Below, piece by piece: positions 10,457 to 19,920 of a stretch of 64,000 nucleotides of DNA (positions within the stretch are counted from its first letter, which is position 1; every line of letters starts with the position of its first letter). The translations under genes and the position numbers were made by a program. Location: positions 3,308 through 67,307 of the forward strand of contig CAWIBR010000011.1 of the NCBI GenBank assembly GCA_963834425.1. The letters run 5' to 3'. The notes beneath the pieces were generated by a model. It was not told the DNA's origin. It was given only the letters and a program-made list of their open reading frames with translations, and searched no databases. Origin of the DNA: an uncultured Actinomycetota bacterium. GTDB taxonomy: Bacteria; Actinomycetota; Actinomycetes; Actinomycetales; CAVURS01.

Positions 10457-12253
10457 ATCGAGGACGACGACCTGACGGGGCACATCATCGTGTGCGGCCT
10501 CGAGGGCATCGGGGTCACCATCGTCGAGCAGCTCGACCGCTGCGGCCAACGGGTCGTGGTGGTCGGCCGGTTCGCCACGTCAGCGCAGATCGCCCTGGTC
10601 GCGCCGTGGACCCACCGCGTGGTCGAGTCTCAGGGCGGTCTCGAAGACACCCTGCGGGCGGCGGGCGTGACGCGCGCGAGCGCGATCGTTTGCGTGGTCT
10701 CGCAGGACCTCGCGAACGTCCAGATCGCTTTGCTGGCAAGGCATCTGAGCGCCGAGATCCGAGTCGTCTCCCAGCTCGGCAATCACGCTGTACGCCGCGC
10801 CATGACCGCCGACAACGGGCCGGGCGCCGTGATCGACGGCGCATCGCTGGCGGCCCCGGCCATCGTCGAGGCCTGCCTCGAGCGGCGCCTGCACGACATC
10901 GTGATCGGGGACACGACGTTCGTCGCGGCGACGACGGCTGTGCCGGGCGGCACGCTGCGGTCCGCGTTCGGCGACCTGGCGCCGGTGGCCGTCACCCGTC
11001 CGGGCGCCGACCCCGCTCGACCCGAAGTGTTCGCGTGCCCGGGGCGCGACTTCGTGACCCAGCCGGGGGATCAGGCCACGATGCTCGGCACCCCCGAGGA
11101 GCTGGCGATGCGCGGGATCCGCGCAGTCGCAGCCGACCGCGGCGGCGCCGCTGAGCGCCCCGTGGCCGCCCGGGCGTCGGCGAGCGGCCGGCTGTCGCAG
11201 CTCGTCAGCGCCGTGCGGCACACCCTGGGCGAGTTCGACCGCGGGCTCTACCGGGCCCTCGGCGTCCTGGTCGCGCTGGTGACCGTCTCGACCGTGCTGT
11301 TGTGGTGGGACTACAACAAGCCGGGAATGAGTGCGCTGGACGCGCTCTACTTCTCGGTCGAGACGGTTGCGACCGTGGGCTATGGCGACTTCAACTTCGT
11401 CGACCAGGACTGGTGGCTGCGACTCTGGGCGATCTTCCTGATGCTCGCCGGCATCACCACGACGGCCGTCCTGATGGCCTACCTGGCCGAGTTCCTGATC
11501 AGCCGCCGCCTCAACGGTTCGATCGGCCGGCGGCGCGCCCGCACCATGTCGGAGCATGTCGTCGTGGTCGGGCTCGGTGCCTTCGGGCTGGAGGTCGCCT
11601 CCCGGCTGATCGCCGCCGGCAAGCAGGTCGTGGTCGTCGAGCGTGACGAGCGCAACCGCTTCCTGGCCGAGGCCGCGGCGCTCGACCTGCCGGTGATCTT
11701 CGGCGATGCGACGTCGGTGGCGACCCTGGAGGCGGCCCGCCTGCGGGGCGCGGCGGCGATCGCGATCCTGACCAGCGATGACATGGTCAACATCGAGACC
11801 GGCATCGCTGTCCGCGACATGCTCGACGACCGCTGGGTCGAAGGCGCGCTCCCCGTGGTCATGCGGGTCTTCGACCGGTCGCTGTCCCGAACCATCGCCT
11901 CGCGGTTCGGCTTCGAGAACATCCAGTCCACCGAGGAGATCACGGCTCCCTGGTTCGTCGCAGCGGCCCTGGGACTCGAGGTGCTCGCGGCCTTCTCGGT
12001 CGGCGGTCAGCCGTTCACGGTCGGGCGGTTGGCGGTAGCGTCGGGAAGTGCGCTGGCCGGCGTAGCGATGCAAGGCCTGTCGGTCAACACTCGGGTGATC
12101 GCCCTGCAGCGGCAGTCGACCGGGCGGCTGGAACATCCGCCGCGGCGGGGAACGCAGTTCGAGGCGGGCGACCTGGCCTACATCGTCGGCCCCAACGACG
12201 AGCTGATCGGGGTCCTGCGTCGGGCGACCGAGGCTTCTAGAGTTGGCGGGTGA
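10457..12253 (+). CDS. Potassium channel family protein (RCK-N, pore, RCK-N, RCK-C)
   Basis: TVATVGYGD selectivity filter; two Rossmann motifs (HIIVCGLEGIG, HVVVVGLGAFG); start uncertain (in-frame ATC after GGAGG). Confidence 0.88.
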   Translation: MEDDDLTGHIIVCGLEGIGVTIVEQLDRCGQRVVVVGRFATSAQIALVAPWTHRVVESQGGLEDTLRAAGVTRASAIVCVVSQDLANVQIALLARHLSAEIRVVSQLGNHAVRRAMTADNGPGAVIDGASLAAPAIVEACLERRLHDIVIGDTTFVAATTAVPGGTLRSAFGDLAPVAVTRPGADPARPEVFACPGRDFVTQPGDQATMLGTPEELAMRGIRAVAADRGGAAERPVAARASASGRLSQLVSAVRHTLGEFDRGLYRALGVLVALVTVSTVLLWWDYNKPGMSALDALYFSVETVATVGYGDFNFVDQDWWLRLWAIFLMLAGITTTAVLMAYLAEFLISRRLNGSIGRRRARTMSEHVVVVGLGAFGLEVASRLIAAGKQVVVVERDERNRFLAEAAALDLPVIFGDATSVATLEAARLRGAAAIAILTSDDMVNIETGIAVRDMLDDRWVEGALPVVMRVFDRSLSRTIASRFGFENIQSTEEITAPWFVAAALGLEVLAAFSVGGQPFTVGRLAVASGSALAGVAMQGLSVNTRVIALQRQSTGRLEHPPRRGTQFEAGDLAYIVGPNDELIGVLRRATEASRVGG

Positions 12254-12642
12254 CTCCGGGCAAGCAGCAGCGGACGCGGGGGGCCGCGACGACGGCGGAT
12301 GCCGACGACGTACGACGACTGGCTCGCGCGTTGCCGGACGTCGTCGAGGTCGCGAGCGAGGGCTTCGACTTCCGCGTCTCGGGCAAGGGCTTCGTCTGGT
12401 CCTACCCGGAGCGCGTGCCGGGCAAGAAGCGGGTGATCCGCACCGACATCGCGGTCCTCTATGTCGGCGACGAGGGCGAGAAACAGGCCTTGCTGCTCGG
12501 TGAGCCGCAGCTGTTCTTCACGACCCCGGCGTACGACGGGTGGCCGCTGGTCATGCTCCGGCTGGACCAGGTCGACGTCGACCGGCTCGAGGAGCTCGTT
12601 AGCGACGCGTGGGAGATGCGCCGGTCCGGCACCGCTGGCTAG
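12250..12642 (+). CDS. MmcQ/YjbR family protein
   Basis: DVRRLARALP, FRVSGKGF, FFTTPAYDGWPLVMLRL and ELVSDAW motifs. Confidence 0.82.
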   Translation: MTPGKQQRTRGAATTADADDVRRLARALPDVVEVASEGFDFRVSGKGFVWSYPERVPGKKRVIRTDIAVLYVGDEGEKQALLLGEPQLFFTTPAYDGWPLVMLRLDQVDVDRLEELVSDAWEMRRSGTAG

Positions 12643-13262
12643 GGCTGCGCGGTGAGGCCTTCGGCCTCGGCGACCGAGGGCACGGTGTCGGCGCCGAAGA
12701 CCTCCAGCCGGAAGTCCCGCTCTTCGTGCAGCACCAGGCGACTCAGGCCGGATCCCTCGGCGACCAGCCGCTGGGCGACGTCACCCGAGAGCGGGTAGTC
12801 GGCGACGGGATGCAGCCAGTGGCAGAGCAGGAGGACCCCGTCGTCGGTCAGTGAGGCAGCTGCCTTCCGGCCCAGCTCGCGCGCGCCGGATTCATCGCAG
12901 TAGTAGGCGATCTCGGACACGACGATCAGGTCGAAGCGACCGTCCGGCCAGTCCTGCGGGATCTGGAGCTGCCGGATGGTCACGCCGTCCCGGCCGGCCA
13001 GCCGGGCCCGCGCCGACTGCAGCGCGGTCGCGCTGACGTCCGCGCTGAGCAGCTCGTCGCATCGGTCCGCGAGCTGCTCGCTCAGCAGACCGATCGAGCA
13101 GCCAGGTTCGAACGCCCGCCGGAACCGCCGTCGGGGGAGGCTGGCCATGGTCACGGCTCGCTTGCGCGTCTCGTACCAGCGACCGGTGAAATCCCACGGG
13201 TCTGGGCTCGCGGCGTACAGCTGGTCGAAGTACGCCGCGGGGAGCGCGCCGTCGGTCACCAC
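12639..13262 (-). CDS. NodS-like SAM-dependent methyltransferase
   Basis: YFDQLY...DPW...WYETRKR, EPGCSIG and FDLIVVSEIAYY motifs. Confidence 0.85.
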   Translation of the reverse strand: MVTDGALPAAYFDQLYAASPDPWDFTGRWYETRKRAVTMASLPRRRFRRAFEPGCSIGLLSEQLADRCDELLSADVSATALQSARARLAGRDGVTIRQLQIPQDWPDGRFDLIVVSEIAYYCDESGARELGRKAAASLTDDGVLLLCHWLHPVADYPLSGDVAQRLVAEGSGLSRLVLHEERDFRLEVFGADTVPSVAEAEGLTAQP

Positions 13263-14302
13263 GGTGCCCTGTCGGCCGCCAGGAGCAGCTGGCCTAGCCG
13301 CGCCGAGTCGCGTTCGGCGTGGTGCTGGCGGACGTAGAGCTGCAGGTCCGCGATCCGGCGGGTGTGCTCCTCCTCGACTGCCAGGGGCCCGGGACCGAGC
13401 GTGTGTCCCGCGGCCTCGATGACGGATTCGACTGCAGCAGCGACGATCCCGCGCACCCGCTCGGCCAACACGACACCCGCCGGGCCGTCAGCGTGGCCGC
13501 GGTCGATCCGGTCGGCGGTGTCGGCGAGAGCCAGGCGACAGGCCGTGACGTGCAGGTCGATCCGGCCCAGGTGCATCGTCGCGATCTGGTCGGGTTCGCG
13601 GGACGAGGCGGCGGCCCAGACCCGCCGGGCCACGCCGATCAGGCCGCCGTACCAGCAGGCGGCGACGCCCAGGCCGCCCCACGCGAAGCCGGGACGCGTG
13701 AGGTACCAACCGGTTTCGCCGACCGGGGTGGCTGGCGTGTGGTCCAAGGCGATCGAGGTGCTCCGCACGTCGGCCAGGCCGCGAGCGACCCACCGATCGT
13801 CGCCGGCACCCACCGTCGGTGACGTCAGGTCGATGGCGAAGAGCCGGCGTCCGTCGCCGACGTGGGCCGTGATCAGCGCCCGGTCGTTGAGGTCGGCGGC
13901 CGAGCACCACGGTTTGGTGCCGCTGAGCCGCCACCCGTCAGAGGTCTCCGTCGCGTCGATCCGCAGGCCCGGACCCTCGGCGGCATAGACGCCCCACACG
14001 GCCCGGTCCTCGACGTGCTCGGCTCCGCTCTCGGCCAGGATGGCCAGGGCGTCGAGGTGTGCCTCGGCGATCCGGGCGACCGAGAGGTCACCGGCGGCCA
14101 GGCTGGCCAACAGCTCCCAGCGCTCGAGGGTCCGCCCGCCCGCCGGCGCGGCGACACCGGCGCTCAGCCCGCGGGCCAACTCGACCGCCGCGGCCGCGCG
14201 CCCGCCCGTGCCCTGGGCCGCCGCCGCGAGATCGTCCAACCGAGTGGGCCCGCCGCCATGGGGTCCGTCGACGGGCCGCAGGTGAACGGCGGTCGCCTTC
14301 AT
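13256..14302 (-). CDS. Acyl-CoA dehydrogenase-like flavoprotein
   Basis: ARIAEAHLDA, WRLSGTKPWCS and DLQLYVRQHH motifs. Confidence 0.8.
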   Translation of the reverse strand: MKATAVHLRPVDGPHGGGPTRLDDLAAAAQGTGGRAAAAVELARGLSAGVAAPAGGRTLERWELLASLAAGDLSVARIAEAHLDALAILAESGAEHVEDRAVWGVYAAEGPGLRIDATETSDGWRLSGTKPWCSAADLNDRALITAHVGDGRRLFAIDLTSPTVGAGDDRWVARGLADVRSTSIALDHTPATPVGETGWYLTRPGFAWGGLGVAACWYGGLIGVARRVWAAASSREPDQIATMHLGRIDLHVTACRLALADTADRIDRGHADGPAGVVLAERVRGIVAAAVESVIEAAGHTLGPGPLAVEEEHTRRIADLQLYVRQHHAERDSARLGQLLLAADRAPW

Positions 14303-15150
14303 GCGGATGCCTCGGTGAGGGCCGGCAGAGCCGGCGGCATCAGCCGACTGGGCAGGGCGTGCGGCATCGAGGCGCTGTGGGCGTCGTTCGGCAGCAAGCA
14401 GGCGCGCAGGTAGCCGGCGAAGCCGCCCGCCTCGACTCGCCCCTCGGGACGCCCACTCGTGCGGACGGTCGCCCCGCGTGAGGCGACGACGTGCCAGCCG
14501 CGCGTCTCGGCGGCCCGGACGAGGCTGACGTCCTCGTGGGCCGCGCGGCCGGCAAACCCGCCACAGTCGAGATAGCAGTCAGCCCGGATCCCCAGGTTGG
14601 CGCCGTGCACGTGCGGGTGCCCGTCAACGCGGAGATAGGCGGCCCGCCACGCGGCGTACCGGGTCGGTCCGCACTCGATCTGGTCAGGGTCGACCAGGCC
14701 GCACACCAGGTCGGCTCCGGCGTCGGCCTGGCCCACCTGATGGATCAGCCAGTCCCGCGGGACGCGAGAGTCCGCGTCCGTATTGAGGATCCACGTCTGG
14801 GCGGCCGCTGCCGCCGCCGTGAGCTCCAGGCCGTGGGCGACGGCGACCGACCGCGCAGCGCCGACTCGGCCCACCGCGGCGTGGAGGGTCCGAACCCACG
14901 GAAAGCGGGCGACGACCTCGGCCGTCCGGTCGGTGCAGCAGTCGAGGGCGGCGACCGTGATGACCCGGGGGACCGGCCGCCGCTCGAGTTGGGCCTCGCG
15001 CTGGAGCGCATCGACAGCCAGCCCGATCGAAGCTAGGCAGCCGCCGACGCGCGCAGCCTCGTTGCGCACGGGGACGGCGATCAGGATGTCGGCGATGTCC
15101 GACCGACCGCTCTGGCCGGTCGCTCGACCTCGGGCCGGCAGACGCGACAT
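14299..15150 (-). CDS. GT2 family glycosyltransferase
   Basis: VPVRNE, NTDADS (DxD), HVHGANLG and GGF...HED motifs. Confidence 0.85.
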   Translation of the reverse strand: MSRLPARGRATGQSGRSDIADILIAVPVRNEAARVGGCLASIGLAVDALQREAQLERRPVPRVITVAALDCCTDRTAEVVARFPWVRTLHAAVGRVGAARSVAVAHGLELTAAAAAAQTWILNTDADSRVPRDWLIHQVGQADAGADLVCGLVDPDQIECGPTRYAAWRAAYLRVDGHPHVHGANLGIRADCYLDCGGFAGRAAHEDVSLVRAAETRGWHVVASRGATVRTSGRPEGRVEAGGFAGYLRACLLPNDAHSASMPHALPSRLMPPALPALTEASA

Positions 15151-15342
15151 GACAGGGAGCTCCGCCCGGCGAAATCTGAAGGCGACTGCATCACCTAGCC
15201 CTCACGGTAGGTCCTACCAGCGGGCACGCAACCCGAGACATCAGGGGGCTACGCGAGGCCGACGATCTGGCGCAGCGGGAACTGTTCGGTATCTCGACCG
15301 GCCGTGCCGCATCGTCGACCGGGCTGGCTAACTGCCGGCGCC

Positions 15343-16080
15343 TCAGAGCACAAGGCGGACGGCGTGCAGGCGCTCGTAGTCCGGCCGGCTGCGCTCGGCG
15401 GCCTCGCGGGCGACGCCGTCCAGCGTGATGTCGCGCGGGCGGTAGGGCTCGAAGCCCGTGGACGCGCGGACCGCGGCGTACCAGTGGGGCGCCCACACGC
15501 CGTCGGATACTCGTGCTCCCGGCGGCCAGTGCAGCATCGCCGGTGTGAAGTCGATGCCGACGAAGGCACACAGCCAGCGTAGGTAGCCCTCGGGGTCGCG
15601 CAGGAAGTCGGCTGCGTCAATCACCGGAGTCGCGTCGCCGAGCTGGTCGTAGAGCTCGCCCTGCTGCACCAACCCGATGTCCTCGGCGACGACGTTGGCC
15701 CTCGACCGGACGTACGACGCCACGACCTCGACCGGGTCGCGGATCAGCAAAACGTTGGTGAGCAAGGGAATCCAGTCTCGTGGGAGCTGCGGGACCAGAT
15801 GGTGGGTCATGTGTTTTTGGTAGTAGACGCCATCGACCGGCGCCGTCAGCTCCGCGACCACCGTGCGCCAGGACGTCGACCCGGCCGCGATCACCTCATC
15901 CCGGACGGGATGGTCCAGCCCGGTCTCGGCCAGGTAGTAGGCGTAGAGCGGCTCGTCGACGACGCGGCAGTCCGGCCGGTTCTCCCACGACCGCATCAGC
16001 GCGGTCGAGATGTTGCGCGGCCCGGACCAGACGGCCAGCCGGACGCCGGCGCTTGGGCTCGCGATCCGGCTGGGGCTCAT
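15343..16080 (-). CDS. Sulfotransferase-fold P-loop protein (aminotransferase-IV associated)
   Basis: WSGPRNISTALMRSW, VVDEPLYAYYL, YQKHMTHH, LIRDP and DGVWAPHWY motifs. Confidence 0.82.
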   Translation of the reverse strand: MSPSRIASPSAGVRLAVWSGPRNISTALMRSWENRPDCRVVDEPLYAYYLAETGLDHPVRDEVIAAGSTSWRTVVAELTAPVDGVYYQKHMTHHLVPQLPRDWIPLLTNVLLIRDPVEVVASYVRSRANVVAEDIGLVQQGELYDQLGDATPVIDAADFLRDPEGYLRWLCAFVGIDFTPAMLHWPPGARVSDGVWAPHWYAAVRASTGFEPYRPRDITLDGVAREAAERSRPDYERLHAVRLVL

Positions 16081-17012
16081 GGCGACTGGCGTCCAGCGAC
16101 GTCCCCGCGGACCAGCTCGGCGTAAAGCTGCTGCAGCCGGCCGACGACGGGGCCGCGCTGGCCAGTGCCGATCGTCCGCCCGTCGACGGTGTGCACCGGC
16201 ACCACGCCGGCGAAGGTCCCGGTGACGAACGCCTCGTCGGCGCTGTAGACCTGGGTCAGGCTGAAGTTCTTCTCCCGCGCCGTGATCCCTTGTCGCGCAC
16301 AGATCTCCAGGACATTGGACCGGGTGATCCCCCCGAGGCAGTAGTCGCCGGTCGACGTCCACACCTCACCCCTGCGGGCGATGAAGAAGTGGGTTGAGTT
16401 GCACGTGGCGACGAAGCCATGCGGGTCCAGCATCAACGCCTCGTCCGCCCCGGCCGTGTAGGCCTGGATGCACGCTGTGATGTCGCCCAGCTTGCTATGC
16501 GCGTTGAGCTTCGGGTCGAGGGTGTCCGGCGCCGCACGCCGCACATGCACAGTGAAGAGCGAGAGCCCCTGCTCGACCGTCGCCGGCAGCGGATCCTTGT
16601 GCTCGGCGATGATCACGACCGTGGCCGGCCCGGCTGACAGCCGCGGATCTTGGTACGGCGTGGATTTTGGCCCACGCGTGACCATGAGCCGGATGTGCAC
16701 CCCGTCGCCGGTCATCTCGTTGGCGGCCAGGGTCCGATAGATCCGCTCGGTCAGCTCCTCGCGGGTCAGCCCGATGTCCAGCGCGATCGCGGCGGCGCCC
16801 TCCCAGAGCCGGTCGAGGTGCTGCTCCAGGAAGGCCGGGTGCCCGTCGGCGACCCGCAGCCCCTCCCAGACCCCGTCGCCGAGGACGAAGCCCGCGTCGA
16901 AGACGCTGACGACCGCCTCGCGCCGGGGGACCAGCTCGCCGTTGACGCTGATCTGGATCGTCTCGTTGCGGGGATCCTCGACGTGGTCGTGCGTCCCGTG
17001 GGCCGGGCTCAT
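16077..17012 (-). CDS. Class IV PLP aminotransferase (BCAT/D-AAT-like)
   Basis: VSVFDAGFVLGDGVWEGLR, HLDRL, LGGITR and ADEAFVTGTFAG motifs. Confidence 0.9.
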   Translation of the reverse strand: MSPAHGTHDHVEDPRNETIQISVNGELVPRREAVVSVFDAGFVLGDGVWEGLRVADGHPAFLEQHLDRLWEGAAAIALDIGLTREELTERIYRTLAANEMTGDGVHIRLMVTRGPKSTPYQDPRLSAGPATVVIIAEHKDPLPATVEQGLSLFTVHVRRAAPDTLDPKLNAHSKLGDITACIQAYTAGADEALMLDPHGFVATCNSTHFFIARRGEVWTSTGDYCLGGITRSNVLEICARQGITAREKNFSLTQVYSADEAFVTGTFAGVVPVHTVDGRTIGTGQRGPVVGRLQQLYAELVRGDVAGRQSP

Positions 17013-17428
17013 GTCCAGGCCAGCCGCAGTTCGAGCAGCTCCGCGAGCGGTGCCGACTCGCCGTCGCGGGCACCGACTCCGGAGATCAGCGGCGGCGGGG
17101 ACGGCTCGATGGAGACCGTCCGCCAGCGGCCAAACGCTTGCGGCGCAACGGAAAGCACGTAGTAGTGACCTTCGGCGTCGACGCCGATTGAGTGATCGCG
17201 GCGGAGGTACCAGCCGACGATGCCGGTCCGATAGCGACCGCCGCCGGACCATGGGCGAGCGGTCAGCTCCTCGGTCGCCAAACCGGCGGCGGTGGCCCGC
17301 CGTACGAAGTCGTCGACCAGCAGCTGGGCCTGTGCCGACTCCTGCTCCCGACGTCGCTCCAGCGCGCGGGCGTGGTAGTCCGCCTGCTCGGCGAGCTGCT
17401 CCCGCCGCTCGATCGCGTCGTCGGCCAC
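17009..17428 (-). CDS. Hypothetical protein
   Basis: 139 aa ORF with ATGA coupling to the aminotransferase gene; GWYLRRDHSIGVD segment. Confidence 0.65.
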   Translation of the reverse strand: MADDAIERREQLAEQADYHARALERRREQESAQAQLLVDDFVRRATAAGLATEELTARPWSGGGRYRTGIVGWYLRRDHSIGVDAEGHYYVLSVAPQAFGRWRTVSIEPSPPPLISGVGARDGESAPLAELLELRLAWT

Positions 17429-17444
17429 CGGCCCACCCTAGGAC

Positions 17445-18425
17445 GTGGCCCGACGTGAACAGTGGGCGCTGGGGCTGTTCCTCGCCGTCGTCGGCTCCGT
17501 AGGCTGCCACGGTGCCCAGTCATCATCGCACGACCATCAGCACGGCCATCCCCTGAGACTGGACGGGCTCGACCTCGCCGGCCACCGGATCGGCGAGGAC
17601 CACGACGACGACCCGATCCTGCTCGCCCCCGACGGCCGACCGGTCGACACCTGGCGGGAGAACTACCCCTACGAGGAGCGGATCGACCGCCGGGACTACG
17701 ACGAGCAGAAGTACCTGCTCCAGGTCGAGCTGCTCAAGCTGCAGAACTGGGCGGTGGAGACCGGCAGCAAGCACGTCATCGTCTTCGAGGGTCGTGACGC
17801 TGCGGGCAAGGGCGGCACCATCAAGCGGTTCATGGAGCACCTCAACCCGCGCACCGCCCGGGTCGTCGCGCTGGCCAAGCCGACCGAGCGCGAGCGCGGC
17901 CAGTGGTACTTCCAGCGCTACGTGCACCACCTGCCCACCGAGGGCGAGATCGTGCTCTTCGACCGCAGCTGGTACAACCGCGCCGGCGTCGAGCGAGTCA
18001 TGGGTTTCGCCAGCCAACAGGAGTACGACGAGTTCATGCGCCAGGCCCCGCTCTTCGAGCACATGCTGAGTGAGAGCGGCGTCCACGTCACCAAGTTCTG
18101 GTTCTCGGTGACCCGGTCCGAGCAGCGCACCCGCTTCATCATCCGGCAGGTCGACCCGGTCCGGCAGTGGAAGCTGTCGCCGATCGACCTGGAGTCGCTC
18201 GGCAAGTGGGACGACTACACCGAGGCCAAGGAACAGATGTTCCGGCTCACCGACACCGACGAGGCGCCCTGGACGACGATCAAGTCCAACGACAAGAAGC
18301 GCGCGCGCCTGAACGCCATGCGCTCCTTCCTGGTCCAGTTCGACTACGCGAACAAGAACGACCTGGTCGTCGGCACGCCCGACCCCCTGCTGGTGGCCCG
18401 CGGGATCGACGCCGTCGGCGACTGA
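17445..18425 (+). CDS. ppk2: Polyphosphate kinase 2
   Basis: FEGRDAAGKGG Walker A, WYFQRY, FDRSWYNRAGVERVMGF, WKLSP.D and SNDKKRAR; true start uncertain. Confidence 0.93.
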   Translation: MARREQWALGLFLAVVGSVGCHGAQSSSHDHQHGHPLRLDGLDLAGHRIGEDHDDDPILLAPDGRPVDTWRENYPYEERIDRRDYDEQKYLLQVELLKLQNWAVETGSKHVIVFEGRDAAGKGGTIKRFMEHLNPRTARVVALAKPTERERGQWYFQRYVHHLPTEGEIVLFDRSWYNRAGVERVMGFASQQEYDEFMRQAPLFEHMLSESGVHVTKFWFSVTRSEQRTRFIIRQVDPVRQWKLSPIDLESLGKWDDYTEAKEQMFRLTDTDEAPWTTIKSNDKKRARLNAMRSFLVQFDYANKNDLVVGTPDPLLVARGIDAVGD

Positions 18426-18427
18426 CC

Positions 18428-18510
18428 TTTGGCCGTCGAAACCGGGTTCGTCGGCGGACATATCGGGCGCCCAACCCGGTTTCGACGGCCAAACCCGGTT
18501 TCGACGGCCA
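18428..18510. repeat. Inverted repeat with a tandemly duplicated right arm (terminator/REP-like)
   Basis: TTTGGCCGTCGAAACCGGGTT (18428-48) pairs with AACCCGGTTTCGACGGCCAAA (18473-93); a second arm copy lies at 18492-18510; located between convergent genes. Confidence 0.8.
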
Positions 18511-18518
18511 GGACAGTC

Positions 18519-19100
18519 CTAGCCCGGAGCCTGCTGCGGAGACTGGGCCTGCGCTTGCAGGATGTCGAGCAGCGCGGCCGCGATGTCCTTGGGCGGCGAC
18601 TCGGCCACGGACAGCGCTGTGTCGGTGCGCAGGATGCCCTCGACGTCCCAGATGGCGTTCTGCAGGAAGGTCCGCAGGTGGGCGTGGTCGCGGACCCGGG
18701 CTCGCACGACCATGTCGATGTTGCCGGTGACGATCAGCACGTCCTCGACCTCGGGGATGGTCATCAGCTGGTTCATCACCTCGCCCATCTCATAGCCCAG
18801 GTCGATGGTGACGTTGATGTAGACCACGGTCGTGAAACCCAAGGCCTGCCAGTCGATCCGGGTCGTGTAACCGGTGATGACACCGAGCCGTTCGAGCCGG
18901 GCGATCCGCGCAGCGAGCGCGGGCGCCGACATGCCGAGCTCACGACCGAGGGCGCGCTGGGACTTGCGGGCGTCGTCGCTCAGCTCGCGCAACAGCCGCA
19001 GGTCGACGTCGTCCAGCTGCACCGGCGGCCGCAGGGCCGGCGCCACCGAGGCGACCGACGCCATCGAGGTGGCCTTCACATGCCGTTTGGGGCGCGCCAT
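18519..19100 (-). CDS. Lrp/AsnC family transcriptional regulator
   Basis: LDDVDLRLLRELSDDAR...LGMS...RIARLERLGVITGY; C-terminal RAM-domain motif VTGNID. Confidence 0.92.
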   Translation of the reverse strand: MARPKRHVKATSMASVASVAPALRPPVQLDDVDLRLLRELSDDARKSQRALGRELGMSAPALAARIARLERLGVITGYTTRIDWQALGFTTVVYINVTIDLGYEMGEVMNQLMTIPEVEDVLIVTGNIDMVVRARVRDHAHLRTFLQNAIWDVEGILRTDTALSVAESPPKDIAAALLDILQAQAQSPQQAPG

Positions 19101-19143
19101 CGTCGGTCTCCCTGCTCCTCGCGATCCGGCCACACCAGCAAAC

Positions 19144-19920
19144 TCAGGCGTACGACGCTGTCGGCGCCCACCGCAACGTTGCGGCCTGCTCGGCGTCGTG
19201 CCCGTAGAGCATCATCGCGCTCCGCTCCTGGGCCAGGTCGCGCAGCCGGTGGGCGCTCTCCCGCGCCGTCACCGGGTCGGACTGGCTGTCCCACGAGTCG
19301 CGGTCGAAGTTGCCCTGGCTGTAGACCGCGTCGCCGCACAGGATGACCGAGCCGGTCTCCGGCAGGTCCAGGACGACGGACTGGTGGCCCGGCACATGCC
19401 CGGGAGTCGGCAGCACCCGCAGGCCGTCGAACAGCTCGCGCTCGCCGTCGACCAGCTCGTAGCTCAGGGCGGGCAGCCGCCAGTACTGGTTGGGGAAGCT
19501 GGGGTGGTCGATAGCGAAGTCGTACTGCTCGCGTTGCACGAAGAAGGTCGCCCGGCCGAGCAGGTCGTTGTTGCCCGCGTGGTCGAAGTGCAGGTGCGTG
19601 TTGATGACGATGTCGACGTCCTGCGGAGCCAGCCCGAGCTGGTCGAGCCGCACGAGCAGGCTGTCCTCGGGGGTCATGATCGCCCGGAGCGCGGCGTTCG
19701 GCGTGCCCCGCCAGGTCAGGTCCGGATCGTCGATGTGCAGCCGGCTCATGCCGGTGTCGACGAGCACCAACCGCTCGTCGGCCAGCCGGATCAGGTAGCC
19801 GGCCACCGGCACCTGCACCACGTCGCCGTCGTGCAGGCCGGGCACGATCTCCTCGGCCGGCAGCGCGCAGTGCCCGAGCGGCAGGACATGGAGCTCGACG
19901 GGCGACATGGCGCCGCTCAC
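19144..19920 (-). CDS. Metallo-beta-lactamase-fold lactonase (AiiA/AHL-lactonase-like family)
   Basis: LVDTG, THLHFDHAG, TPGHVPGHQS, GDA and YGHD motifs; GTGA overlap with the upstream gene (alternative ATG at 19908). Confidence 0.88.
   Translation of the reverse strand: MSGAMSPVELHVLPLGHCALPAEEIVPGLHDGDVVQVPVAGYLIRLADERLVLVDTGMSRLHIDDPDLTWRGTPNAALRAIMTPEDSLLVRLDQLGLAPQDVDIVINTHLHFDHAGNNDLLGRATFFVQREQYDFAIDHPSFPNQYWRLPALSYELVDGERELFDGLRVLPTPGHVPGHQSVVLDLPETGSVILCGDAVYSQGNFDRDSWDSQSDPVTARESAHRLRDLAQERSAMMLYGHDAEQAATLRWAPTASYA

Noticed and set aside
12639-13262. Nodulation gene nodS
   Set aside because: Only the fold family matches; nodABC are absent.
19144-19920. Quorum-quenching AHL lactonase
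   Set aside because: The family motif fits, but tight coupling within a catabolic operon points to a pathway lactonase; there is no AHL-specific evidence.
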